Of a stretch of DNA of 64,000 nt, positions 1 to 8,803 are shown in pieces (position 1 is the first letter of the stretch; each line of letters begins with the position of its first letter). The notes below the pieces were generated by a model. That model saw nothing but the letters and a program-made list of their open reading frames with translations. It was not told the origin of the DNA and did not search any database. A program made the translations under genes and the position numbers. The stretch is from positions 1-64,000 of the IMG/VR virus record IMGVR_UViG_3300019776_000324; one strand, given 5' to 3'.

Positions 1-2
1 CC

Positions 3-1103
3 GAACATATCAAGAATCATTACGGACGCTGGGCACACAATACCTACATCCTGGCCTTTACACTTGTTACTATTACAGCACTAAGTTTAAATATCTACGC
101 TGGCAGTAAACTGATACAAACTATCACTGGTTTGAACATGAATATTTCTGCTGCCTTTTTAATTTTTAGTGCTGTAATATTTTCTGTATTTAGAGGCCTG
201 CGCAGTACCAATGTAACTGAAATATTTAAAATGGTTGTGGTTGTGCTTACTGCTGTTCTTATTGTTCCGCAGGTATGGAACATTGTTGGCTGGGATGTCA
301 TTGCCAAGGGCATGACTGGTGCTACTGGGCAGTACGGAGCATTGTGGGGGACTACTGAAGCAACAACTGTATTTTTAACCACTGGTATCTATTTCTTGTT
401 TAGACATATTAGTTTGCCCTGGGCTGACAACAGTTTTTGGCAACGGGCATTTGTTATTAACCCAGCTAAAATTAAACGAGCCTATGCAGGAGCGGCCGCA
501 TTGTTTTTTATTGCGCCAGCTATGTTTGCTAGTTTAGGTTTTGTTGCTGCTGGACTAGGACTCAAACCAGATAATGTACAGTTAACTAATGTGCTGGTCA
601 TTGCAAAATTATTAGATCCATGGGCGTTGGGCTTGGTTGTGTTCATGTTATTAACTGCCTTGACAAGTATATTGGATAGCCAAATAACAAGTCTTACTAC
701 CTTGGTTAGCCATGACATTGTGCCTCAAGTAAACAAGACCTTGACTGAATCAAAAATTATTGACTATAGTAGATTAATAGTGTTAGGCGTAGTTGGGCTT
801 AGTTGGGCGTTTATTAATGTGCCTGGCGTTAATATTTTGTATTTTGGATTCTTAACTGGATGTATTTGTATGACATTCTTTGTACCAAGTGTAATCGCAC
901 TATTTGCTCCACACTTGCAATCTGCTCGTGGGTTAGTAGCTGGCATATTGCTGGGGCTAGTTGTTGGATTTCCTATGTATGCCTATGCTAGTTTAAATAA
1001 ATTAACTGATTTATCGTTGGTTGGTTTCTTTTCTTGTTTGGTAATATCGTCAATTTTTAGCTTGGTCAGCGGGCAACTGCAATCTGCAAAAAAGACATAC
1101 TAG
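3..1103 (+). CDS. Sodium:solute symporter family (SSS; DUR3/PutP-like) transporter, 5' end outside window
   Basis: Frame is open from nt 3 (EHIKNHYGRWAHN...). Many hydrophobic TM segments, plus SSS-type motifs 'WADNSFWQRAF' and 'LTALTSILDSQITSLTTLVSHDI'. Confidence 0.8.
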   Translation, partial: EHIKNHYGRWAHNTYILAFTLVTITALSLNIYAGSKLIQTITGLNMNISAAFLIFSAVIFSVFRGLRSTNVTEIFKMVVVVLTAVLIVPQVWNIVGWDVIAKGMTGATGQYGALWGTTEATTVFLTTGIYFLFRHISLPWADNSFWQRAFVINPAKIKRAYAGAAALFFIAPAMFASLGFVAAGLGLKPDNVQLTNVLVIAKLLDPWALGLVVFMLLTALTSILDSQITSLTTLVSHDIVPQVNKTLTESKIIDYSRLIVLGVVGLSWAFINVPGVNILYFGFLTGCICMTFFVPSVIALFAPHLQSARGLVAGILLGLVVGFPMYAYASLNKLTDLSLVGFFSCLVISSIFSLVSGQLQSAKKTY

Positions 1104-1114
1104 CCATAATAGCA

Positions 1115-1120
1115 TAAATA
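1115..1120 (+). promoter_or_regulatory. Putative phage late-type promoter core TAAATA
   Basis: Intergenic TAAATA upstream of AAGGA SD and ATG 1145. The same hexamer precedes 19841, 46959 and 47752. Confidence 0.4.
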
Positions 1121-1144
1121 TTAGAATATTAAAAGGATACAATT

Positions 1145-1471
1145 ATGACTACTTTAGTTACCGTAAAATTTCAAAAACTTGGAGCAGTTTTTTCAACAGC
1201 CGACGAAGCATCTGATGATCGATATGTTGGTGCTGACCCAACCCTATTGGAAGAAACTGCGGCTCTAAACACTACATTTTTAGCCAATGGCGTAATGTCT
1301 GCGCCAAACTCAAAAACTTGGGATCAAGATACCAATACACTTACTGTAGTAAAATACATTAACAGTATTGCTGATTACGATGCAGGTTGGGCGCCATTTG
1401 GTACAGAGCTTAATACTGTAGCTGTAAACAATGGCTGGACTCTAGTTTCTAAAGAAGTTGTTGAGCAGTAA
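1145..1471 (+). CDS. Hypothetical protein (108 aa, acidic)
   Basis: ORF with AAGGA SD; no recognisable motif. Confidence 0.75.
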   Translation: MTTLVTVKFQKLGAVFSTADEASDDRYVGADPTLLEETAALNTTFLANGVMSAPNSKTWDQDTNTLTVVKYINSIADYDAGWAPFGTELNTVAVNNGWTLVSKEVVEQ

Positions 1472-1492
1472 AAACAAATCATATCTGTAGTA

Positions 1493-1567
1493 GGGCGGCC
1501 AGTCCGCCCCGATCAATCACAAGATCAAAAGGTTTGCTAGTTGCCTGTAGTAACAACTAGCATTTTT
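1493..1567 (+). promoter_or_regulatory. Two intergenic hairpins; the second is terminator-like
   Basis: GGGCGG-ccagt-CCGCCC (1493-1509) and TGCTAGTTG-N10-CAACTAGCA (1535-1562) followed by TTTTT. Confidence 0.45.
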
Positions 1568-1569
1568 CA

Positions 1570-2721
1570 ATGTCTATTATACCCTCAATAAAAGTCGAAG
1601 ACGATGTAGCCTCGGTACCATTTGTATCAAAGAATGGCTACTATCGTGTTGGCAATAAAAACTTTAATTTCAAGATCAATGCGTTAGAGGAAGCTACTCG
1701 TACACGGCAAGAAGTTGTGTGGGATTTCAATAACAATGTCTACCAAAATCTCAATTGGCGAGTTAATACTAATGTTGGTTTAAAGAATTTATATCGCATG
1801 CGAGCTCAACAGCTCAGAAACAAATATGATTATCTAGTGCTGTCGTTTAGTGGTGGTGCTGACAGTTTCACAGTATTAAAAAGTTTCATTGACAATAATA
1901 TCAAACTGGACGAGATCATTTGCGATTGGCCTATCAGTTATACTGAGTCAAAGCACCATAACAGTAGCAATGTTGACGCTGAAAATTATCTCAGCGAATG
2001 GAACTTGGCCATCAAGCCAATGTTAAAATATGTTTCTGAACATCATCCAGACATAAAGATTACAGTTACAGATAGCCTTGCTGAGTTAACTACTGAAGAC
2101 GCTGAAGATACTTGTACAATTACACAAATACACAATTATATCAGCGTTAAACGATATCGTGTAATCTCAAATCGACTAAAAGAACTAAGCGATCAGCATG
2201 CCGAAGTGGCCATAGTATTAGGTATTGAAAAACCAATTGCAACTATTGAAAGAGATATTTTTTGTGTGTTTTTTAGTGACGAGCATTGTTGGTTCAAGTC
2301 TAGTATTGCAGATTACAAGCGTAATGTTGAATATTTTTACTGGTCAGCAGATCTTCCTGAGATTGTGCTTGAACAAGGACATGCAATATTTCAACAGGTA
2401 AAAGCCAACAAGCAACTGTTAAACTTATACAATAAAACACTAGGACTGCACGAAGCTAACCGTAATTTTGCAAAGAGTATAATTTACCCAGACTGGAATC
2501 CTAATGTGTTCCAAGCCAACAAAGGAACTTCGCTGATTTACAACGAGCAATATTCTTGGTTTTTTAATCAAAATCAAACTAGAGAAGTGCAATCATGGGA
2601 AAGTTCAATGAATACCAGACTGGCTCTAGTTGATCCTAAGTATTTGCTTTACTTTAATAATTCTAAATTTAAAGGATACGAGTACTTCCATTCTCGATTA
2701 TACCCAATAGGAAAACTATAA
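1570..2721 (+). CDS. PP-loop (adenine nucleotide alpha-hydrolase-like) protein
   Basis: 'LVLSFSGGADSFTVL' contains the SGGxDS PP-loop signature. Confidence 0.65.
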   Translation: MSIIPSIKVEDDVASVPFVSKNGYYRVGNKNFNFKINALEEATRTRQEVVWDFNNNVYQNLNWRVNTNVGLKNLYRMRAQQLRNKYDYLVLSFSGGADSFTVLKSFIDNNIKLDEIICDWPISYTESKHHNSSNVDAENYLSEWNLAIKPMLKYVSEHHPDIKITVTDSLAELTTEDAEDTCTITQIHNYISVKRYRVISNRLKELSDQHAEVAIVLGIEKPIATIERDIFCVFFSDEHCWFKSSIADYKRNVEYFYWSADLPEIVLEQGHAIFQQVKANKQLLNLYNKTLGLHEANRNFAKSIIYPDWNPNVFQANKGTSLIYNEQYSWFFNQNQTREVQSWESSMNTRLALVDPKYLLYFNNSKFKGYEYFHSRLYPIGKL

Positions 2722-3620
2722 TGAAAAAACTTATTACACTATTACTACTGCTGGTATCTACATGTGCATTGGCCTGGCCCAATAAAGAAATTACATTGAT
2801 TGTTCCTTATCCACCAGGTGGCGTTAACGATCAACTGGCAAGAATCATGCAACCAGATCTTGAAAGTATTCTTCGAGTTCCTGTACAAATTAAAAACATG
2901 CCCGGAGCAGCCAATGGTGTAGCAATCAATCATGTGTTAGGTACAGCCAACGATGATCATACTTTTATAATCACCATGGACGACTTTGTACTAGGACCCT
3001 TGTATCAAGGTAATCGATCCTATACCAATTTCAAAGCAACCAACATCATTGGAACTGTGCCATATGTATTATTTGGTGGACAAAATTCATCTGCGGAACA
3101 CTTTAAACAACAGATAAAAAATAAACAAATAGTTAATATTGGAAACAACGGAATCAATGGTGGCGCACACCTTTGGGGAGAACAATTAAAATCCAAAGTA
3201 CGGGTCAATCCAATTTTTTACAAAGGATCAGCACCACTAATAACTGATGTGATTGCAGGACACACCGAGTATGGAATATCATCCTTGACTGCATCCTATC
3301 AGTTTGTGCAAAGTGGTAAGTTAAGACCTATACTGCAATCTGGTCGTACTAGAAGTGTAACTTATCCTGATGTTCCTACTGCTAGAGAGTCAGGCATCAA
3401 AGTAGCAGATGCCGCCACATGGTTTGGCGTGTTTACTCGACGAGATACATCATCAACTGCTACCAACAGAATGTCCACAGTGGTCAAATTAATAGTGGCC
3501 AATAACAGTAAGATACAGGAATTTAAAACTTCTGGAATGAATCTTAATAACTTAACACAGGACTTGTCTGATCAATTCTTTGTGCAACAAATACAACAGT
3601 TTGAACAGCAAAAACAGTAA
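2721..3620 (+). CDS. Bug/TctC-family tripartite tricarboxylate transporter substrate-binding protein
   Basis: Signal peptide, then 'WPNKEITLIVPYPPGGVNDQLAR', 'NMPGAANG', 'YKGSAPLITDVIAG' and 'PDVPTARESG', all Bug/TctC hallmarks. Confidence 0.9.
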   Translation: MKKLITLLLLLVSTCALAWPNKEITLIVPYPPGGVNDQLARIMQPDLESILRVPVQIKNMPGAANGVAINHVLGTANDDHTFIITMDDFVLGPLYQGNRSYTNFKATNIIGTVPYVLFGGQNSSAEHFKQQIKNKQIVNIGNNGINGGAHLWGEQLKSKVRVNPIFYKGSAPLITDVIAGHTEYGISSLTASYQFVQSGKLRPILQSGRTRSVTYPDVPTARESGIKVADAATWFGVFTRRDTSSTATNRMSTVVKLIVANNSKIQEFKTSGMNLNNLTQDLSDQFFVQQIQQFEQQKQ

Positions 3621-3624
3621 AATA

Positions 3625-3648
3625 AGGGCTTAACGGCCCTATTTTTTT
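3625..3648 (+). terminator. Rho-independent terminator
   Basis: AGGGC-ttaacg-GCCCT followed by A-T7. Confidence 0.7.
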
Positions 3649-3663
3649 GGATGTTTTTTCTGG

Positions 3664-3692
3664 TTGACCCAAAATGCCCAATTTGCTATAAT
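3664..3692 (+). promoter_or_regulatory. Sigma70-type early promoter
   Basis: TTGACC-17bp-TATAAT, then AAGGAG SD and ATG 3723. Confidence 0.85.
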
Positions 3693-3722
3693 AGTTGTAT
3701 AGTAAGTAAAAAGGAGCACAAA

Positions 3723-4073
3723 ATGAGTCAAAAATTCTTCCTAGGCGATCGTGTTCGTATTGCTAAAGACTTAGGTGCAAGCATGAGCCACTTTGAGAGC
3801 GATTGTGAAGCTATTGTGATGTATTCATATGCTGAACAATACGACGGTAGTGCTAAGAATGTTGATAAGTTTAGCCTGTATATACTTCCTAATCGTGGTG
3901 AAACTTCATGGTACTATGCTGACCAACTTACTCTTATCGAACCAGATCGTTTGGATCTGTTGCCAAAAAGCCACATTGCTCGTAAAAACTCTGAAGCTAA
4001 ACAAGCTCGCGACAAGGATCTTGTAGTGTGGTTAAAACAAGGCATCAAAGAAAAAGAATTAGTAGTTGACTGA
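3723..4073 (+). CDS. Hypothetical early protein (SH3-like 'F..GDRVRI' start)
   Basis: True start is likely 3723 (SD AAGGAG 3711-3716); the ORF-track start 3651 lies upstream of the promoter. Confidence 0.7.
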   Translation: MSQKFFLGDRVRIAKDLGASMSHFESDCEAIVMYSYAEQYDGSAKNVDKFSLYILPNRGETSWYYADQLTLIEPDRLDLLPKSHIARKNSEAKQARDKDLVVWLKQGIKEKELVVD

Positions 4074-4094
4074 TAATTCAGTTAATTGTATAAT
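4066..4094 (+). promoter_or_regulatory. Sigma70-type promoter
   Basis: TTGACT-17bp-TATAAT overlapping the upstream stop codon. Confidence 0.8.
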
Positions 4095-4145
4095 GTAGTT
4101 TAGTAGTTAATTTTAATCGTAGTTTAATTTTTTAAGGACACAGCC

Positions 4146-5231
4146 ATGTCAGATACAAGAACAGTCAATTCAGTTCAAGCTCGTAAAAGTTTACTGAAAG
4201 CATTCAAAAAACAACGCCCATTATTTTTATGGGGTCCTCCTGGTATTGGTAAGTCAGAGTTGGTTGCTGACTTGACTGAAGAACTAGGTGGTGCTATGAT
4301 CGACCTTCGGTTGGGTCAGATGGAGCCGACAGATATTCGCGGTATTCCTTTTTATAACAAAGATTTGGGCAAGATGGATTGGGCTGAGCCTATCGATTTG
4401 CCAGATGCAGAATTTGCTGGACAGTATCCGATTGTAGTCTTGTTCTTGGACGAGATGAATTCAGCGGCACCATCAGTTCAAGCGGCTGCTTATCAGTTGA
4501 TTTTGAATCGTCGTATTGGCAAGTATAAAATGCCAGACAATGTAGTTATTGTGGCCGCAGGTAATCGCGAGTCAGACAAAGGTGTTACATATCGTATGCC
4601 TACTCCGCTTGCAAATCGTTTCATTCACCAAGAGATGAAGGTAGACTTTGCGGCTTGGCAAGATTGGGCTGTTAACCACGGCATCCATAAAGATGTGGTT
4701 GGTTACTTGACCTACGCTAAACAGGACTTGAATGAGTTCGATGCTAAATCAGCTAGTCGTGCATTCGCTACTCCACGCTCATGGACATTCGTATCACAGT
4801 TGTTAGAAGACGAAGATGGTGATGATGACACTATCATGAACTTGGTTGCAGGCACTGTAGGTGAAGGACTTGCTGTTAAGTTTATGGCACACCGCAAGAT
4901 TGCTGGTAAAATGCCTAAGCCAGAAGATATCTTGGCTGGTAAGGAAAAAGAGCTGAATGTCAAAGAAGTATCGGCTATGTACAGCTTGGTAATCTCCATG
5001 TGCTACGAGCTTAAAGCGGCTGTAGAAGCCAAGGTAGAGGACAAGAAGTTCCATGAAATGGCAGATAACTTCTTTGCCTACATGATGAAGAACTTTGAAA
5101 CTGAACTTGTGGTAATGGGAGCCCGCATAGCACTTACGACCTATAATTTGCCATTCCAACCAACTAAGTTGAAAAACTTTGATGAGTTCCATAAAAGATA
5201 CGGCAAGTATATTTTACAAGCCAGTGCATAG
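4146..5231 (+). CDS. MoxR-like/dynein-related AAA+ ATPase
   Basis: Walker A GPPGIGKS, Walker B LFLDEMN, sensor AAGN, Arg finger 'PLANRF' and 'TPRSW'. Confidence 0.9.
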   Translation: MSDTRTVNSVQARKSLLKAFKKQRPLFLWGPPGIGKSELVADLTEELGGAMIDLRLGQMEPTDIRGIPFYNKDLGKMDWAEPIDLPDAEFAGQYPIVVLFLDEMNSAAPSVQAAAYQLILNRRIGKYKMPDNVVIVAAGNRESDKGVTYRMPTPLANRFIHQEMKVDFAAWQDWAVNHGIHKDVVGYLTYAKQDLNEFDAKSASRAFATPRSWTFVSQLLEDEDGDDDTIMNLVAGTVGEGLAVKFMAHRKIAGKMPKPEDILAGKEKELNVKEVSAMYSLVISMCYELKAAVEAKVEDKKFHEMADNFFAYMMKNFETELVVMGARIALTTYNLPFQPTKLKNFDEFHKRYGKYILQASA

Positions 5232-5282
5232 TAAACAACTTGGGTGGTGCCACCCAAGGCTGTGTCTCACTACCCAGGTTGG

Positions 5283-5310
5283 CAAAAGGAGCTTAGGCTC
5301 CTTTTGTTTT
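5283..5310. terminator. Bidirectional rho-independent terminator
   Basis: CAAAAGGAGC-ttag-GCTCCTTTTG followed by TTTT; the loop holds the stop of the minus-strand NUMOD3 ORF. Confidence 0.7.
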
Positions 5311-5465
5311 GCCCTTTAATGCTTCACTAATCTTACGCTTGGTCTCTTCACTCATTGTATAGGTCCGACCTTTCATTGGCGATACACGACCTTTTAATTT
5401 AGCTGATCTTTTAGCATTCGCTTCTTCGGTTTGCGGTTTACCAGGCAACCCATTTTTAGCCCAGG
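5293..5465 (-). pseudogene. Homing-endonuclease remnant (NUMOD3 DNA-binding repeats only)
   Basis: 'QTEEANAKRSAKLKG' and 'MSEETKRKISEALKGK' are NUMOD3-type motifs. No nuclease domain; the upstream part is the antisense of a promoter. Confidence 0.6.
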
Positions 5466-5494
5466 TTGACCTGAAATTAGCTCTATAGTATAAT
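5466..5494 (+). promoter_or_regulatory. Sigma70-type promoter driving the small-ORF array
   Basis: TTGACC-17bp-TATAAT. Confidence 0.8.
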
Positions 5495-5525
5495 AGTGTT
5501 ATCATGTTAAAAACAGGGGCAAATA

Positions 5526-5753
5526 ATGACTAAACTATTAATAGATCGCCTAGATAGATTAACTCTCCTGGTATCTGAATACTATTTTCCTCAATGGATC
5601 GAACAAGGGTATGGAGCACCAAAAGAAAGCTCCTGGCGTCAAATATTTGAATGGTGTTTAGACTGTGGCATTGAGTGTAATAGAGGTCGTGGCACTACCT
5701 TAAGATTTCATAAAGAAACAGATGTTACAGCATTTATGTTAAAGTGGAGTTGA
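5526..5753 (+). CDS. Small FxL[RK]W-family protein
   Basis: Ends DVTAFMLKWS; internal WC motif. Confidence 0.75.
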   Translation: MTKLLIDRLDRLTLLVSEYYFPQWIEQGYGAPKESSWRQIFEWCLDCGIECNRGRGTTLRFHKETDVTAFMLKWS

Positions 5754-5755
5754 AA

Positions 5756-5956
5756 ATGAACTATTTAAGTATAGCACAGATTGATGAAGTAAAGATGGAA
5801 ATGGATGACCTGCTGATACCTATCGCAAAGATTAGTTTAAGTATTCGTCCTGAAGATATACAAAATATGATAATGATGCACGGCCCAGACTTTATGCCAG
5901 AACTACAGCGTATGATTGGCGAAATTGTATTGGATTCTTATAAGACTCAGGATTAA
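5756..5956 (+). CDS. Hypothetical protein
   Basis: ATG 5756 follows a GGAG SD formed by the upstream W-S codons. Confidence 0.65.
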   Translation: MNYLSIAQIDEVKMEMDDLLIPIAKISLSIRPEDIQNMIMMHGPDFMPELQRMIGEIVLDSYKTQD

Positions 5957-6002
5957 ACAGGCTGTGTCGCTACAGCCTTCCACCTTTACTATTATGTTCA
6001 CT

Positions 6003-6332
6003 ATGAAATTTAAAATCGTCAAAACTGATCGTAGGCATACTGCCAATCAAGTATTCCGGTACTATGTTGAGCCTGCATACGAATTAGGTGTTGGCCGTGA
6101 CGAGCGTATTGAAATGTTTAAAGAGTTGCGAGCTTGGTGTTGGGAACAGTTTGGGCCTGGTTGCGAGCGTGATTATGTTGTGCTACACCCGGTTCCTGCG
6201 GGCATAGATGGTCAGTGTCGAATGGCAACTCAAGAGCGTTGGGCTTGGCTTACTACAACTGACACTAATTCGGTGTTGAGAATCTATTTTAACGATGATG
6301 AACTAGCGTGGTTTAAACTCAAGTGGGCATGA
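6003..6332 (+). CDS. Small FxL[RK]W-family protein
   Basis: 'WCWEQFGPG...DDELAWFKLKWA'; start uncertain (5994 or 6003). Confidence 0.75.
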   Translation: MKFKIVKTDRRHTANQVFRYYVEPAYELGVGRDERIEMFKELRAWCWEQFGPGCERDYVVLHPVPAGIDGQCRMATQERWAWLTTTDTNSVLRIYFNDDELAWFKLKWA

Positions 6333-6538
6333 TGATTCGAATTGCCAATTTACAACAGCGTGATGGAATCCATCACTGGCTCAAAGATCGTGGAATCTAT
6401 CGTGATCTTTATGAGTTGGGTTATGACTTTGGTGATTCATCTGACGAGGGCATAGAACTCTGGCCCGTGCTTAGAATCAACGACGGTGTGTTATCAGCAA
6501 CTGATGTAACTGAATTTATATTAAGGTTTGGTGTATGA
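6329..6538 (+). CDS. Small FxL[RK]W-family protein
   Basis: Ends TEFILRFGV; ATGA overlap. Confidence 0.7.
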   Translation: MMIRIANLQQRDGIHHWLKDRGIYRDLYELGYDFGDSSDEGIELWPVLRINDGVLSATDVTEFILRFGV

Positions 6539-6735
6539 CCCAGGTTGAATGTCACATACCTATGAGCCGTATGGAGGAGATTACAGAATGGTTGCACAAC
6601 AACATCGGCCCAGGTTGGATACACCCCGACACACATGTTTGGAGTTATGGTGAGCTGTATGAATCAGTTCATTTTAGCCGTGAACAGGATGCCGTTATGT
6701 TTAAACTAAAATGGGCTGGAAATGAAAACATATAA
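6535..6735 (+). CDS. Small FxL[RK]W-family protein
   Basis: 'WLHNNIGPGW...EQDAVMFKLKWAG'. Confidence 0.75.
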   Translation: MTQVECHIPMSRMEEITEWLHNNIGPGWIHPDTHVWSYGELYESVHFSREQDAVMFKLKWAGNENI

Positions 6736-7075
6736 GCGTACAATTATTATCCGTGAAAGAGATCTTTGTAGTCTAATGTACAAGACTATTAAAAAAGGCC
6801 TGTTTGACCGCATTGATGTAGAACCGTTAACCTATCAAGAAATACAAAACGAAATATTAATAGATACATTAAAGGGCACACCAACTCGTAAGTGGAGTGT
6901 ATTGCCTGATGTGTATGAAACACTAATGTACAAGGAAGGTAACTTGTACAACAAGCAGTATTTGTCCTGGTTGTTGACCATGGATTATCCTAACGGACAG
7001 ATCTATGTGCAGAGCCGTTCAGGCGAACCCACTGATCCTTTACACCGTGTGACTTTTGAGAAAGACTATGCGTAA
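6722..7075 (+). CDS. Hypothetical protein
   Basis: Coupled ORF in array; no motif. Confidence 0.7.
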   Translation: MKTYKRTIIIRERDLCSLMYKTIKKGLFDRIDVEPLTYQEIQNEILIDTLKGTPTRKWSVLPDVYETLMYKEGNLYNKQYLSWLLTMDYPNGQIYVQSRSGEPTDPLHRVTFEKDYA

Positions 7076-7313
7076 ACGCCTACACGAATCTCGTTACTTT
7101 AGACTGCAACAAGAGCACACAGCCAAAGGTCGCAAGTTCTATAGAATTGTATTCTGGAAACTGTGGCCACTGAGCGTAGACGACGAAGAACGAATTAGAG
7201 ATGTAATAGATCCACAGCGTAGCCGAAGTGGTCGAAATGGAACCAATTGGAAATATACTAATCGCAAGGAAGCAGAACAAATGTATAGTATGTTGTTGTT
7301 AAGGTGGAGTTAA
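7068..7313 (+). CDS. Small FxL[RK]W-family protein
   Basis: Ends EAEQMYSMLLLRWS. Confidence 0.7.
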   Translation: MRKRLHESRYFRLQQEHTAKGRKFYRIVFWKLWPLSVDDEERIRDVIDPQRSRSGRNGTNWKYTNRKEAEQMYSMLLLRWS

Positions 7314-7315
7314 AG

Positions 7316-7675
7316 ATGAAACATTATTTGTCATTTATTCAGTGGTTAATTCAGCGTATGTTTCGGACTGTTATATCAGGACCAGTTAGACTTTTTAAAT
7401 GGTATAAAGGTCGACTATATTACGAAACATTTTTAACCATACTGGCATCCATTGTTGGTTGGGCCATGCTGTTATTTGCAGGTGCTGTCGCATCAACTAC
7501 TAATGTTAATGGTAAGTTGGTAGTTGAGACTGATGATGTTTGGCCATTTATAATAGCTTTGTTTGCGCCGCCTGTGGTGTTTATTGTGGCTTGCGTTTCT
7601 ATTCAATATGATCATTACTGTTCAGAGCTAGAGCGCACTATGAAAACTCTTAAAGGCAAGCATGACAGTATATAA
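7316..7675 (+). CDS. Hypothetical membrane protein (2 TM)
   Basis: Two hydrophobic segments; SD comes from upstream AAGGTGGAG. Confidence 0.7.
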   Translation: MKHYLSFIQWLIQRMFRTVISGPVRLFKWYKGRLYYETFLTILASIVGWAMLLFAGAVASTTNVNGKLVVETDDVWPFIIALFAPPVVFIVACVSIQYDHYCSELERTMKTLKGKHDSI

Positions 7676-7865
7676 AGCAAAGATGCCAGAAGCATGGGCT
7701 CGTATGGAATGGTGTCGAGCTCAGTTCGGTGGCGAAGGTGAACCAAATTGGGAAAAGTATGGCGGAGTTGATATTGCCCATGGACTACGCTGGTGGCGTA
7801 GACAAGGCTACTTGTTCTTTCGCAATGAACGAGATTTTGTCCTATACTGTTTGAGGTGGGCATGA
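7662..7865 (+). CDS. Small FxL[RK]W-family protein
   Basis: 'WCRAQFG...ERDFVLYCLRWA'. Confidence 0.75.
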   Translation: MTVYKAKMPEAWARMEWCRAQFGGEGEPNWEKYGGVDIAHGLRWWRRQGYLFFRNERDFVLYCLRWA

Positions 7866-8227
7866 AGATTAAAGAATTTTACCATGAGTTTGAAATGCTA
7901 GTGCGACCAAGTTCACGCAGGTTGCGTCGTATGAAAAATCCTGGATACAGATCCGATGTATGGAATGCCTATATCGATGATTCTATGATATATGACATCA
8001 GTAATGTTGCTGAAGAAGTTGAGTGTGTGGAGGTGCTCATGCCTGCGGACCGTCTTGAAGAGTTGGAACAACTATTAAAACATTATGAAAAAATGGAAGA
8101 ATCGCATCAGCACAGGCATGTTGTTATTAGTAAGCTGAGAGAGGACGAGCGAGTGCGTATTAAAAATCCTGCTGTTCGTCAAGCATGGGAACACTACTTA
8201 ACATTATTAAACTTGTGCAGAGATTAA
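7862..8227 (+). CDS. Hypothetical protein
   Basis: ATGA-coupled; helical C-terminus 'NPAVRQAWEHYLTLLNL'. Confidence 0.7.
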   Translation: MKIKEFYHEFEMLVRPSSRRLRRMKNPGYRSDVWNAYIDDSMIYDISNVAEEVECVEVLMPADRLEELEQLLKHYEKMEESHQHRHVVISKLREDERVRIKNPAVRQAWEHYLTLLNLCRD

Positions 8228-8228
8228 G

Positions 8229-8471
8229 ATGAATAGCAAAGATAGACGCAAAGATCGTAGAGCATGGAAGTATTCTGTAGCTACTCCTCATGTAATGATG
8301 ACTGGAGTTGCGGGCATGCAAGACGAGTATGATGCAATGTGGAACTGGTGCAAGGAAAACTTTGGTAGCGATGCTCGTTACTGTGGATGGCGTGATCGTG
8401 AGTGGGGTGAGCGTTGGGAGTTTAACGACAGTAAGAAAGCTGCACTATTTTCTCTAAGGTGGAGTAGATGA
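8229..8471 (+). CDS. Small FxL[RK]W-family protein
   Basis: 'WCKENFG...KKAALFSLRWSR'; N-terminus is paralogous to 12569. Confidence 0.75.
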   Translation: MNSKDRRKDRRAWKYSVATPHVMMTGVAGMQDEYDAMWNWCKENFGSDARYCGWRDREWGERWEFNDSKKAALFSLRWSR

Positions 8472-8803
8472 AACTAGAACCTTGGCAGGCAGAAGTATTT
8501 GTTAAGTATTGCGAGAATGATATCAAAATGACCATGAATATAGGCCGTCAGACGGGCAAATCAACATGGGTAAGTATGTTAAGGAACTTTATGGAACGAC
8601 CAGAAAAACGATTTCAATTAGTATCGGGAATCTATAACTACTCACTAATGATCGAAGACTACATGTGGTGGGCTGACAATGAGCGTGAAATACTTAACTG
8701 GATGGCGGAGAACTTACCGCGCGGCATTGAACATCAACAGGGCATGATTCTTACATTTGATACAGACAAACAGCGTATGATGTTCTTGTTGAGGTGGGCA
8801 TGA
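8468..8803 (+). CDS. FxL[RK]W-family protein with N-terminal P-loop-like fragment
   Basis: 'LEPWQ...GRQTGKST' then ...QRMMFLLRWA. Confidence 0.7.
   Translation: MKLEPWQAEVFVKYCENDIKMTMNIGRQTGKSTWVSMLRNFMERPEKRFQLVSGIYNYSLMIEDYMWWADNEREILNWMAENLPRGIEHQQGMILTFDTDKQRMMFLLRWA

Noticed and set aside
3651-3722. CxxC-containing N-terminus (CPIC) of ORF 3651
   Set aside because: This is the translation of the promoter region; the true start is 3723, after the SD.
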